This document shows, one piece after another, positions 9,074-19,140 of a DNA stretch of 64,000 bases. A program made the position numbers and the translations under genes. Origin of the DNA: an uncultured Thermoplasmatales archaeon (GTDB taxonomy: Archaea > Thermoplasmatota > E2 > DHVEG-1). A model generated the notes under the pieces. It saw only the letters and a program-made list of their open reading frames with translations, was not told where the DNA came from and made no database searches. Numbering within the stretch: the first letter of the stretch is position 1; each line of letters opens with the position of its first letter. The stretch is from contig CAZWZY010000001.1 in NCBI GenBank assembly GCA_964638175.1, forward strand, positions 62,257-126,256, read 5' to 3'.

Positions 9074-10525
9074 TTATTTCGAACGATTTGCAGCCATGAT
9101 GACTGCCTGCACGGCAGCCGTAGCTGCTGCTGTTTTTGGTGCAGTTGATTGGGTTTTTGTTTCTTTTACATGGGCAATCACTTGATCAAGGATGTTGTAC
9201 CGAGGGATGAAACTCGTATCATAGATTCCTTTTTTCCACTGTAGATTATTCATTACTACCTGGTGGAAGGGTATGTTGTGTCGTACGCCGCCGATTTGGA
9301 ACTCCCACAATGCTCGTTTAGTTCGTTCTATGCATCGGCTTCTGTCTTCAGCCCAGACAATTAATTTGGCAATCATCGAATCGTAGAATGATGGAATAGT
9401 AAACCCTTGATATACTCCAGAGTCGATTCGAATACCTGGACCAGAGGGCTCTGCATATCTGATAATTTTACTTGGTGCCGGCATAAAGTTATTGAGAGGA
9501 TCTTCTGCATTTATTCGACATTCAATGGCATGACCTCGTGGATGAATGTCGTTCTGTTCGTACTCAAGCTTGAGCCCTGATGCAACTCGGATCTGTTCTC
9601 GTGCCAAATCAACTCCGGTGATTGCTTCAGTGATAGGGTGTTCTACTTGTAAACGGGTGTTCATTTCCAAAAAGTAATACTTGCCGTCTTTAAACATAAA
9701 TTCGCAGGTTCCTGCGTTGTAATATCCTGCTGTTTTTGCAGCAAGAACTGCTTGTTTTCCGATTTCTCTCCTAAGATCTGGAGTTAACGCGCAGGATGGG
9801 GTTTCCTCAATAAGTTTTTGATGTCGGCGTTGTACACTACACTCCCTTTCGTAACAATGAATAATGTGTCCTTTTTTATCGCCAATTATTTGGTATTCGA
9901 TATGACGAGGGTCTTGGATGAATTTTTCAATAAAAACAGCATCGTCGCCAAAGGAATTTTTTGCCAATTGGCGAACAGATGCAAGAGCTTTTTCCATTTT
10001 CTTTTCATCTTCAACCATTTGAATGCCGATACCGCCTCCACCGGCAGAGGCTTTTAACATAATTGGGTACCCGATATCATGAGCAATATCTTTCGCTCGT
10101 TCATGATCTTTGATGGCTTCAGTGACCCCTGGTACCACATGAACGCCTGCTTTCATCATGGACTTTTTTGAATCGATCTTTGATCCCATAAGTTTCATAG
10201 CAGAAACGGGCGGCCCGATGAATTCGATGCCATTTTTATGACAAAGTTCAGCAAATTCTGCGTTTTCAGCCATGAATCCATATCCTGGGTGAATGCCTTC
10301 TGCCTTTGTTTTTAAAGCAACATCAATAATTTTTTGTTTTTGTAGATAACTTTGACTTGCAGGCCCTGGGCCGATATTATATTTTTCATCAGCATATCTG
10401 ACAAAAAGAGCTTTGGCATCAGCATCAGAATAAACGGCGACGGTTGCTATGTCAAGTTCTTTGCATGCCCTCATGATACGGACGGCGATTTCGCCTCGAT
10501 TGGCAATCAGAATCTTGTTGATCAT
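9074..10525 (-). CDS. pycA: Pyruvate carboxylase subunit A (biotin carboxylase)
   Basis: ATP-grasp biotin carboxylase pattern (…GYGFMAENAEFA…EMNTRLQVEHPITE…), 483 aa. Confidence 0.9.
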   Translation of the reverse strand: MINKILIANRGEIAVRIMRACKELDIATVAVYSDADAKALFVRYADEKYNIGPGPASQSYLQKQKIIDVALKTKAEGIHPGYGFMAENAEFAELCHKNGIEFIGPPVSAMKLMGSKIDSKKSMMKAGVHVVPGVTEAIKDHERAKDIAHDIGYPIMLKASAGGGGIGIQMVEDEKKMEKALASVRQLAKNSFGDDAVFIEKFIQDPRHIEYQIIGDKKGHIIHCYERECSVQRRHQKLIEETPSCALTPDLRREIGKQAVLAAKTAGYYNAGTCEFMFKDGKYYFLEMNTRLQVEHPITEAITGVDLAREQIRVASGLKLEYEQNDIHPRGHAIECRINAEDPLNNFMPAPSKIIRYAEPSGPGIRIDSGVYQGFTIPSFYDSMIAKLIVWAEDRSRCIERTKRALWEFQIGGVRHNIPFHQVVMNNLQWKKGIYDTSFIPRYNILDQVIAHVKETKTQSTAPKTAAATAAVQAVIMAANRSK

Positions 10526-10536
10526 ATTAATTCCTC

Positions 10537-12360
10537 TTAAAGAATCTGCATAATAAGATCGCCACTATTAACAGAATCGCCTTCTTTGATGAAAATGTCT
10601 TTTACCTCCCCTTCCTTTTCCGTTTTAATTTCTTGCTCCATCTTCATAGCTTCAATAGTTGCAAGAACATCTCCTTTTTTTACCGTATCTCCTTTTTTTA
10701 CCTTCAACGAAAGGATAGTGCCCTGCATGTTTGATTTTACGCCACCTTCAACATCTTTTGGTTTTGCTTGAGACGAGGAACTACCTTCACCTGCAACGAC
10801 AAATCCGCCAGAAGGAATAACTTTAACTTCGTAAGGTTCTCCATCTACTTCAACCTCAAATTCGGTGGGAATTTGTGCGGGTCCTGCGCGTTCCTCTGGT
10901 GGAACGGTCTCAATCCATATCGCTTTATGCTCAGGGAACGACTGTTTTACCATTGCTCGAGTGAGTGGATGGTCAACGGGCAAAGGTAGTTGCTCCGAGG
11001 TAAATTCTGCTTTTGCCTCCCCTTTTAAGAACTTGAGGCCAACTTGTGGAAAGAGGATATATGTCATGATATCTTCTTCTTTTTTGATAAGTAAACCATC
11101 GTCCATCTCCTGCAATTCCTTCTTTTTTGCATCCCACATGGGCTTTATCATATCGGATGGTCTACAGTCAATGACTTCGTCTTTCCATTTGGGGCCCAAT
11201 ACTTTTTTCATGATTTCGGGTTTAATGGGGACTGGTGGTTTGCCATACATCCCTTTACAATAATCCTTAGTTTCTTTCGTAATAACTTTGTACCGACCGT
11301 GAAGTACATTCATCACTGCTTGCACGCCAACTACTTGACTTGATGGCGTAACAAGCGGAGGATATCCAAGCTCTTCACGGACACGTGCGGTCTCATCCAA
11401 AATTTCTCTATATTTTCCATGAGCGCCCTGCTCTTCAAGTTGGAAAATAAGATTTGAAAGCATACCGCCCGGAACCTGATGAACAGTAACACTGGGATCA
11501 ACCTTCAAGGCATTAAATCGATGGAGGTGCCGGTATTTTTCCCATACCTTAAGAAAATATTTTCTGATTTCGATGAGGTGTCCAAGATCATATCCTGTTT
11601 CCCATGGAGTACTTTGAAATGCTGCGACAACGCTTTCGGTTGCTGGTGCAGCAGTTCCCCCAGAAATCGGAGACATGGCCGTGTCCAGGACATCAATTCC
11701 TGCCTCTGCGGCCCGCTGATAGGCCATACCTGTCATACCACTCGTGCAGTGAGAATGAAGATTTATGGGAAGTTTTATTCCTGCGTCTTTGACTCCTTTA
11801 ACAATATCATAGACCCGTTGTGGTGAAATCATCCCAGCCATATCTTTTATACAAAGAGAATCTGCACCAATTTTTTCGAGTTTTTTAAATTTATCGACAA
11901 AATAGTCGACAGTATGTATTGGGGAGATGGTGTAACTCAAACAGGCCTGTACGTGGCCACCGTTTTCTCTTACAGCTTTCATAGGCACTTCCATGTTTCT
12001 GATATCGTTTAATGCATCAAAAATCCGGAAGTTGTCGACACCGTTCTTTTTTGCAAAATAAATAAATTTTTTTACGACATCATCAGGAAAATTCCAGTAT
12101 GCAACAATATTCATGGCACGTTCAAGCATTTGCATAGGTGTATTGGGCATCGCCTTTTTCAGCAAGCGAATGCGTTCCCAGGGATCCTGATTCAAATATC
12201 TAATAGAAACATCAAATGTTGCTCCTCCCCATACTTCAAGGGAAAAAAATCCCACTGCGTCAAGTTTATCGGCAATGGGCAGCATGTCTTCCGTCCGCAT
12301 TCTTGTGGCAAGCATTGATTGATGAGCATCTCTCAAAATCATTTCATGTAATTGAACCAT
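10537..12360 (-). CDS. pycB: Pyruvate carboxylase subunit B (carboxyltransferase plus biotin carboxyl-carrier domain)
   Basis: Pyruvate carboxyltransferase TIM-barrel region and a C-terminal biotinyl domain with the EAMKME attachment motif. Confidence 0.9.
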   Translation of the reverse strand: MVQLHEMILRDAHQSMLATRMRTEDMLPIADKLDAVGFFSLEVWGGATFDVSIRYLNQDPWERIRLLKKAMPNTPMQMLERAMNIVAYWNFPDDVVKKFIYFAKKNGVDNFRIFDALNDIRNMEVPMKAVRENGGHVQACLSYTISPIHTVDYFVDKFKKLEKIGADSLCIKDMAGMISPQRVYDIVKGVKDAGIKLPINLHSHCTSGMTGMAYQRAAEAGIDVLDTAMSPISGGTAAPATESVVAAFQSTPWETGYDLGHLIEIRKYFLKVWEKYRHLHRFNALKVDPSVTVHQVPGGMLSNLIFQLEEQGAHGKYREILDETARVREELGYPPLVTPSSQVVGVQAVMNVLHGRYKVITKETKDYCKGMYGKPPVPIKPEIMKKVLGPKWKDEVIDCRPSDMIKPMWDAKKKELQEMDDGLLIKKEEDIMTYILFPQVGLKFLKGEAKAEFTSEQLPLPVDHPLTRAMVKQSFPEHKAIWIETVPPEERAGPAQIPTEFEVEVDGEPYEVKVIPSGGFVVAGEGSSSSQAKPKDVEGGVKSNMQGTILSLKVKKGDTVKKGDVLATIEAMKMEQEIKTEKEGEVKDIFIKEGDSVNSGDLIMQIL

Positions 12361-12594
12361 GATGTTTCGCCTCCATATTTACATGCAATTCTTTTGACTT
12401 GAGCTTAGTATCTTAATATAAGAACCTCGGATGGGGAATGGTATCTTCTCCCCCTACTTAAGGATATTGGAATTAGATCCCATGCAGGGGAATTGTTAAT
12501 ATGTTTCGATGGTAATGATATTTTTCATCACTCAAAAAATTTAATATGTAAAAGATATACTGGCAATAGAAAAATTGACGTAGCGTGGTAAACA

Positions 12595-14676
12595 ATGTTT
12601 AAAAAAATCTCAGTAAGCATGCTTTGCGTTATCCTGTGCTGCTCACTTGTTGCCCCCTGGTCAGAAGCAACTACTACAGGGCACATCGACACTGGAGAAA
12701 TAACACTTAGTTATAGGAATGTAACCATATATGCTCCTGCCGTAGGAAAAACAGATACCGGCTATGTTGGTGTTATATCAACAATAACCGTTACTATCCA
12801 AGACAACGGCAGTGGACGGGTGTTTGTTGATACTCTTCCTCTCACTCAAATCGATATGCAGGGTTCTGCACGTCTTGCTGTAAAAGTTGCAAGCACTCTT
12901 GTTGAATGTGACAAGAATTGTAGCGTTGATCCTTCCACCCATGACTATTTCTTTGTGGTCAGAACGTCTGCTCCCATTATTGGTGGACCTTCGGCAGGCG
13001 GAATTATGACAGCGGCTACCATTGCACTGCTTGAAAACTGGCAGATGAGCAATTGGACCATGATGACTGGTATGATTAATCCAGATGGCAGTATTGGACC
13101 AGTTGGGGGCATCTTACAAAAGATAGACGCGGCATATTCTGTGGGTGCAACACGATTTCTAATACCAAAAGGACAGGGGGTGTACATGGAAACGGTAACA
13201 GAACGTGTAGAACAAAATGGATGGACACAGATTATTACCAAACAAGAACCCCGTTATGTCGCTGATTACGCAAAAGACAACTATGGAATGGAGGTTATTG
13301 AAGTCGGAGATATTAACGATGTTATCGGGTATTTCACAGGTTATAACTTTTCCCAAAAAGAAACTAATGGAAATATCACAACAGGAAACTACACCACATC
13401 TATGAAACCTCTTGCCGAAACACTACTTGAAGAGGCAACTGCCATTTATATGAATGCAAGTGATGCATTCAATGCCTCAGATATACCAAATTACTATCCG
13501 TTCCGTTACCAGAGTATTGTCGAAGATTTTCTCGTTGATGCAAAAAACGATCTAGACGGGGCACAATTGTGGCATGAGAGGGAACTATATTACTCAAGTA
13601 CAACCAAATCTTTTATATCGCTCATAAACTCGCGTTTTGTGTTATATGCTGCAGAATATTTTGAGGCAGACAACCGTGATAACTATATCGAGACGTTGCT
13701 GAGCGATGCAATAACCCTTTTTGAAGAGAATAGTGAACTTGCAAAAACAGCACATATTCATGGGGCGATTTCTCTGCAAACCGTCGGTGCCGCACAAAAG
13801 CGTGCCTTTGAAGCAGAAGAGCACATAAATGATGCGAGCGAAAGCTATGAAAATGATGTGTTAGGGGCACTCTATAGTATTGCACGAGCTATTGAACGAA
13901 GTAATAGTGTAAAGTGGTGGATTGGTATTGGCTCTTATTTCAACGATTCGGGGCATATCGATAATACAACATTAGAAAATCTTGCGGTTGAATATATTGA
14001 AGATACCCAACAAGCAGTTGCGTATTCAAGTATTATCCTCCAAGAGATTGGACAAACATCAACGTATCTCTCTGAAGCAGAGACGCTGTTAGAATCAGCA
14101 CGAGATGAACTAGAGAAGGGATATCCTGCTGCTTCGATGTTTGAAGCATTAGAAGCATTGGTAAAGGCAAACCTTGCTCTTGAGTTGGCAACAAGTACAA
14201 GCGAAGAAAAAATTACAAGGGCTCGGGAGAGTGCAAGCGGCAGCATCATTACGAGCAGGACACTAGGGATCGAGCCTGTTCTTGCAGTAAGTTATTATGA
14301 ACTAGCAACAACATACGAAAATGAATCAGATTTCGACGCGGCATTGGTATACTACAAATATAGTGATATTATTGCCGGTGCATTAAGATTTTCAAACTTT
14401 TCCTCAGACTCTTCATCATCTCGCTATGTAGGAATTCCTGAAGTAAATATACCTGCATTCACAACTACAAATCAATGCACGACATATCTTATATACATAG
14501 CAATATTTGGCGGAATTGCTGGTCTTGGCATCGGAATGATTGTTGCTGGTCTTGCAAGTAAAAAACAAGAAGAAAAAATAGTGAAAAAATGGGTACCGCG
14601 AAGTATCAATGACTACTATAATAAAAAACAAAAGAAGACTCGTAGTTTTGAACATCAAGTCCCCCCGAAGTATTGA
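12595..14676 (+). CDS. Secreted, C-terminally membrane-anchored protein with a Lon-type S16 protease domain and no AAA+ module
   Basis: Signal peptide. GGPSAGG…(43 residues)…GGILQK reproduces the Lon Ser-Lys dyad geometry of DGPSAG…GGLKEK. A ~400-aa uncharacterised domain carries many N-x-S/T sequons. One C-terminal TM helix is followed by a basic tail. Confidence 0.6.
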   Translation: MFKKISVSMLCVILCCSLVAPWSEATTTGHIDTGEITLSYRNVTIYAPAVGKTDTGYVGVISTITVTIQDNGSGRVFVDTLPLTQIDMQGSARLAVKVASTLVECDKNCSVDPSTHDYFFVVRTSAPIIGGPSAGGIMTAATIALLENWQMSNWTMMTGMINPDGSIGPVGGILQKIDAAYSVGATRFLIPKGQGVYMETVTERVEQNGWTQIITKQEPRYVADYAKDNYGMEVIEVGDINDVIGYFTGYNFSQKETNGNITTGNYTTSMKPLAETLLEEATAIYMNASDAFNASDIPNYYPFRYQSIVEDFLVDAKNDLDGAQLWHERELYYSSTTKSFISLINSRFVLYAAEYFEADNRDNYIETLLSDAITLFEENSELAKTAHIHGAISLQTVGAAQKRAFEAEEHINDASESYENDVLGALYSIARAIERSNSVKWWIGIGSYFNDSGHIDNTTLENLAVEYIEDTQQAVAYSSIILQEIGQTSTYLSEAETLLESARDELEKGYPAASMFEALEALVKANLALELATSTSEEKITRARESASGSIITSRTLGIEPVLAVSYYELATTYENESDFDAALVYYKYSDIIAGALRFSNFSSDSSSSRYVGIPEVNIPAFTTTNQCTTYLIYIAIFGGIAGLGIGMIVAGLASKKQEEKIVKKWVPRSINDYYNKKQKKTRSFEHQVPPKY

Positions 14677-14723
14677 AGATTACTACAAAAAAAACAAATA
14701 AGGCTTATCGTGTACATCTTTGA

Positions 14724-15779
14724 ATGCAACTTTCTGGAGAATTAATAGACACACACATTATCGTACGTAAAGCGAAAGACGTTGGCCGGCTCTATAATAA
14801 AAGTCATTTTGGAAAACTACTTACGGACAATATCTTACAACTAGATTTACTAGAGGGTGTCTTTCTTCTTGGGGAGCAGAAAATGCAGATTGTTGACGGG
14901 AAAAGAAACGTTACGTTTCAAGAACTGGTAATGCGTGCATCTCGACTGATTCCTTCATTCGAAATAAAGTATCTTCTTTTCAAGGGCCTGCGGAACAGAG
15001 GGCATGTAATACATCTTTGTGAAAAGGACGGGCCGGTCACTTTCCAGAAGAGAATGTCGTTTCAAGAACGAAAAACTGATAATGTATTTATTGTACCGTT
15101 TTCCGAAAGAGACATCTTTAATATTGAACAAACAAAGCAATTAGTAGCTGCGGCAAAAAAAAGGAAGGGGGTTCTTTGGTACGGCATCGTTGATGAAGAA
15201 GGGGACATCACATATTATGAAATTTCTGTAGTGACCCCAAGAGGGAAGGTACCGGCCCATGCATTTGCAAAGGGAAGTGGGTTATTACTTGAGAATCGAC
15301 TGGTTCTTTTTGAAACAAAATTAAGTAGAGATCTGCTAGAAAAAGAATTTTTTGGGAAGCTTTTTGGCAGTGGGCTGCAATTGTCTCTTGTAGAGGCGCT
15401 CTACCTTGCAAAGAATGATATTCTTACCATACATGACAAAAAAGGGGAAAAAATCTCCTTGAGGTCTTTTGAGAGAGATGTAACAGAAATACAACCGGAC
15501 ATAAACCTGCGGTTTATGGTATTTTCTGATTTGAAAAAACGAGGGTTGCTGGTCAAAACAGGGTTTAAATTTGGGGCTCATTTTCGTGCATATACACAAC
15601 AACCAGAGAGGGCTCATGCAGAATATCTTATTCATGTCGTTAACCAATCATTCTCAACCATCTGGGCAGAGATGAGCAGAGCGGTACGATTAGCACATTC
15701 TGTTAATAAGGAAATTCTTTTTGCTCAGACTGATGGAAAGAAAATAACATATGTCAAAATAGGGCGCCTTCGTCCATAA
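14724..15779 (+). CDS. endA: tRNA-splicing endonuclease, α2-type with duplicated domains
   Basis: C-terminal catalytic motif …KFGAHFRAY…HAEYLIHV… with a degenerate N-terminal repeat. The 351-aa length fits the euryarchaeal α2 type. Confidence 0.8.
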   Translation: MQLSGELIDTHIIVRKAKDVGRLYNKSHFGKLLTDNILQLDLLEGVFLLGEQKMQIVDGKRNVTFQELVMRASRLIPSFEIKYLLFKGLRNRGHVIHLCEKDGPVTFQKRMSFQERKTDNVFIVPFSERDIFNIEQTKQLVAAAKKRKGVLWYGIVDEEGDITYYEISVVTPRGKVPAHAFAKGSGLLLENRLVLFETKLSRDLLEKEFFGKLFGSGLQLSLVEALYLAKNDILTIHDKKGEKISLRSFERDVTEIQPDINLRFMVFSDLKKRGLLVKTGFKFGAHFRAYTQQPERAHAEYLIHVVNQSFSTIWAEMSRAVRLAHSVNKEILFAQTDGKKITYVKIGRLRP

Positions 15780-15829
15780 TTTTTTATAATCCTGTAGTCA
15801 TTAGGATGGTTTACCGGGGAGGAAAAAAT

Positions 15830-16468
15830 ATGTTACAAATACGATGGCATGGTCATGCTTGTTGGGAAATTACCGATGATATAACTGTTGTCACTGATCC
15901 GCACGATGGAAGATCTATCGGCATACCTGCGCCAAGTGTCGCAGGTGACATCATATTGATTTCGCATGATCACTATGATCATAATAGTGTGAAATCAGTT
16001 GAAAAAGAAGGGAGTAAAGTTGTTACCGATGAAAGAAAGCGAAATATCGAAAATGTAGAGATAAAAGGCATTCAAGCATTCCATGATGAATGTAGCGGCG
16101 AAAAGCGAGGGAAAAACATCATCTATAAGTTCGTTATAGATGGGGTTACTTTTTGCCATCTCGGTGATCTTGGCCACGACCTTGATGAGGGGCAAATCCA
16201 ACAGATTGGTGATGTTGATATTTTGTTTGTTCCTGTTGGAGGGACTTTTACTGTTGATGCTAAACAGGCATGGGATATTATCGAGAAGATAAGACCGAAA
16301 ATTACCATCCCTATGCACTACAAAATAGGAGGATTGTCACTACCTATTGCCAGTATTGATCCTTTTTTAGAAAAAAATAAACATCGACTTCTCAAAGTTG
16401 GCAATGAGATCGATATCGAAAAAGAAGATTTACCTACAGAACCAGAGGTCTGGACATTTACTCTTTAG
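15830..16468 (+). CDS. MBL-fold metal-dependent hydrolase (UPF0173-like)
   Basis: WHGHACWEI…ILISHDHYDHN motifs. GGGAGG lies 8 nt upstream of this ATG; the track ORF starts 24 nt earlier. Confidence 0.75.
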   Translation: MLQIRWHGHACWEITDDITVVTDPHDGRSIGIPAPSVAGDIILISHDHYDHNSVKSVEKEGSKVVTDERKRNIENVEIKGIQAFHDECSGEKRGKNIIYKFVIDGVTFCHLGDLGHDLDEGQIQQIGDVDILFVPVGGTFTVDAKQAWDIIEKIRPKITIPMHYKIGGLSLPIASIDPFLEKNKHRLLKVGNEIDIEKEDLPTEPEVWTFTL

Positions 16469-16669
16469 GCATACGATATTGAACAAGAGGAATACTTCCA
16501 AGATGTCTATCATACATCCAGGGGATTTGGAAAAACCAGATAAGTGTGCCGTTATTATACTCCTGTATAAACGGAAATTGTTTCATGTATATTACCTTCT
16601 TTAGTTTTCAGGTGATTATTATGTTTATATTTAAATATTTTTATATCGATGAGGAATATAATGATACAA

Positions 16670-17638
16670 TTAACGGTCAAACACCTCAGGGTTGACGCAG
16701 TTGCGAGGTTTTTTGGCTTCAAGTCCGTCCATCATATTCTCTGCTGCTATGAGGGCCATCTTCGTTCTTGTCTCAATTGTTGCTGAAGCGGAATGGGGTT
16801 GTAAAACGACATTATCAAGTTTTTTTAACTCTTCAGGGATGCGGGGTTCGTGTTCGTACACATCTAGTCCTGCTCCAAAAATCCATTGTTGGCGAAGTGC
16901 CTTAAGTAACGCTTTTTCATCAACAACAGGCCCTCGAGAGGTATTGATAAGAATGGCAGTGTTTTTCATCATCTTCAATTCATCTTGTCCAATCAGACGA
17001 TGTGTTGATTTCACCAAGGGGACATGAATGGAGATAAAATCAGATTTTCTAAGCAATTCATGTAGTGGTACTTTTTTTGCTCCTACTTCTTGTTCAAGAG
17101 ATACATTCTTTTTCCTATCAGTATACAACACAGGCATGTTGAATCCTCTACTCTTCAGGGCAACTGCTGTACCAATTCTCCCTGCGCCGACAATACCTAG
17201 GGTTTTGTTACTTACATCCTGCCCAAGCATGAGTAATGGGGCCCAACCTGAAAACTTACCGACTCTGGTGAAATTGTCTCCTTCAACAATACGTCTTGCG
17301 ACAGCAAACAAAAGCGCCCACGCCATTTCTGCTGTTGTATCAGTCAATACATCGGGCGTATTGCTCACCGGTATGCCTTGTTTTGTCGCAATATCGACAT
17401 CAATATTGTCGTATCCCACTGCATAGTTGGCAATCATTTTAAGATCTGGGTTTGAGGAAATGACCTCCTCATCAACGGTGTCAGTCAGCAGACAAAGCAA
17501 CCCCTGTTTTCCCTTAAGACCTTTCATAATTTCCTGCTTTGAAAGAACGCGATCGTGTGGATTGACTTCTAGCCCAACATGTCTCTTCAGTAAATCAAGT
17601 CCTGGCTGCGGAATTTTTCTTGTGACAAAAACGTTCAT
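16670..17638 (-). CDS. gyaR: Glyoxylate/hydroxypyruvate reductase (D-2-hydroxyacid dehydrogenase family)
   Basis: GIVGAGRIG NAD motif and a 2-hydroxyacid dehydrogenase catalytic region (…RG…E…H…). Confidence 0.8.
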   Translation of the reverse strand: MNVFVTRKIPQPGLDLLKRHVGLEVNPHDRVLSKQEIMKGLKGKQGLLCLLTDTVDEEVISSNPDLKMIANYAVGYDNIDVDIATKQGIPVSNTPDVLTDTTAEMAWALLFAVARRIVEGDNFTRVGKFSGWAPLLMLGQDVSNKTLGIVGAGRIGTAVALKSRGFNMPVLYTDRKKNVSLEQEVGAKKVPLHELLRKSDFISIHVPLVKSTHRLIGQDELKMMKNTAILINTSRGPVVDEKALLKALRQQWIFGAGLDVYEHEPRIPEELKKLDNVVLQPHSASATIETRTKMALIAAENMMDGLEAKKPRNCVNPEVFDR

Positions 17639-17684
17639 GTCTATCTTGATGATAGAACACTTATAAAGATGTTACGAGTGAATG

Positions 17685-18137
17685 CTATAGTTGCTCTTTA
17701 ATCGTTTCAAAACAGGCGAAGGTTACTGTTTTTCCTACTCCTTGAAGTTGACGGAGTTTGTCCACCACCAATTTTCCAATATCTTCCAACGATTTTCCCC
17801 TCACTTTTAATAAGAGGTCATACTCACCAGAAATGATATGGACTTCATAAACTCCAGGAAATTTTGTTATTCGTTTAGCAAGTTGACGTTGAGACACATC
17901 AGGATTAGGCAAGAAAGAAATAAAAATAAATACTTCTGAAGGAAAACCGATTTTTTGATAATCAATGGTGACATTAAATGATTTGATGACTCCTCGCTCC
18001 ATCAGCTTCTGAATGCGATCGTGGACAGTTACTCGCGGGATGTTAATATGTTTTGCTATGGATTTGGTTGATTGTCGTGCATTTTTTTTCAATTCTGAAA
18101 GGATCAATTCGTCTTTTTTATCTATCATGTTCGTCAT
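17685..18137 (-). CDS. asnC: Lrp/AsnC-family transcriptional regulator
   Basis: N-terminal HTH (…LSELKKNARQSTKSIAKHINIPRVTVHDRIQKL…) plus a C-terminal RAM domain. Divergent from asnA. Confidence 0.85.
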   Translation of the reverse strand: MTNMIDKKDELILSELKKNARQSTKSIAKHINIPRVTVHDRIQKLMERGVIKSFNVTIDYQKIGFPSEVFIFISFLPNPDVSQRQLAKRITKFPGVYEVHIISGEYDLLLKVRGKSLEDIGKLVVDKLRQLQGVGKTVTFACFETIKEQL

Positions 18138-18234
18138 TATGTCGATTTATATATTTATATTTTATCGTTTAACTGTATTATTGTCAATATATTAGACATA
18201 GTGTTTAAATAATGTTTTTTACAAATACGATACT

Positions 18235-19140
18235 ATGAAAACACAAGATGTGGAAAAAACCAAAGCTATTATGAAAATACAAAGTGAAATACGGCATGTT
18301 CTGGCTACAGAATTACGAAAGCGAGGGTTTATTGAACTTTCACCAGTGATATTATCCCCAATTACTGACCCGTTGAATCACCCTACAACGCCGATGCACA
18401 TTACATGCTATGGTAACAAATATAATCTTACTCAGAGTATGATCTTCCACAAACAGCTTGCATTACGATCATTGGATAAAATTTTCATTTTTTCCCCAAA
18501 TGTTCGCATTGAATCATTTGAACAGAAAGACACAGGAAGACATCTCTTTGAATTTTCTCAACTTGATTTGGAAGTAAAAGGAGCAACACGGGAGGAGATG
18601 ATGTCTTTGTGTGAAGAATTGTTAGTGACCATTATAACATCGCTAAAAAAACAATGCAAAAAAGAATTGGAATGGATAGGTCGGAAACTCCAGGTGCCAA
18701 AAATTCCTTTCAGAAGAGTTACCTATTGTAATGCACGTAAGCAATATGGTGATAAATTCGAAACGATGATTTCCCAAACACATGCAGAACCAGTATGGAT
18801 CATTGATATTCCTCTAAGTAAACGGGAATTTTATGATAGAGAAGACGAAAAGAATCCAGGATACCTCAGAGATATGGATTTAATTTATCCAGAAGGATAT
18901 GGAGAGGCGCTTTCTGGCGGAGAACGTGAATATGAATATACCCGAATTAAAAAACGAATTCATCAAAAAGGACAACGATTATCATTATTTGCTCCGTATC
19001 TTCAAGTAGCAAAAAACGGTTTACCTCCATCAGCAGGATTTGGTATTGGAATTGAGCGTTTGACACGATTTATTTGTGGGTTGCCCCATATAAAAGAAGC
19101 GTGCCTTTTTCCAAAAATACCTGGAGAAAGATGTCTTTAA
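18235..19140 (+). CDS. asnA: Archaeal AsnA-type asparagine synthetase (class II aaRS catalytic core without anticodon-binding domain)
   Basis: Class II synthetase motifs (…FEFSQLDLEV… motif 2; …GFGIGIERLTRFICG… motif 3) in a 301-aa protein. Confidence 0.7.
   Translation: MKTQDVEKTKAIMKIQSEIRHVLATELRKRGFIELSPVILSPITDPLNHPTTPMHITCYGNKYNLTQSMIFHKQLALRSLDKIFIFSPNVRIESFEQKDTGRHLFEFSQLDLEVKGATREEMMSLCEELLVTIITSLKKQCKKELEWIGRKLQVPKIPFRRVTYCNARKQYGDKFETMISQTHAEPVWIIDIPLSKREFYDREDEKNPGYLRDMDLIYPEGYGEALSGGEREYEYTRIKKRIHQKGQRLSLFAPYLQVAKNGLPPSAGFGIGIERLTRFICGLPHIKEACLFPKIPGERCL

Noticed and set aside
10586-12318. Multiple 60-130-aa plus-strand ORFs inside pycA/pycB; similar antisense ORFs sit inside iorA, ppsA, cdc48 and cdc6
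   Set aside because: They lie antisense within long, well-supported genes and have no motifs.
17641-17684. Possible C/D-box sRNA (TGATGA…)
   Set aside because: There is a single C-box-like hexamer and no matching D box (CTGA) or C'/D' arrangement at the right spacing.
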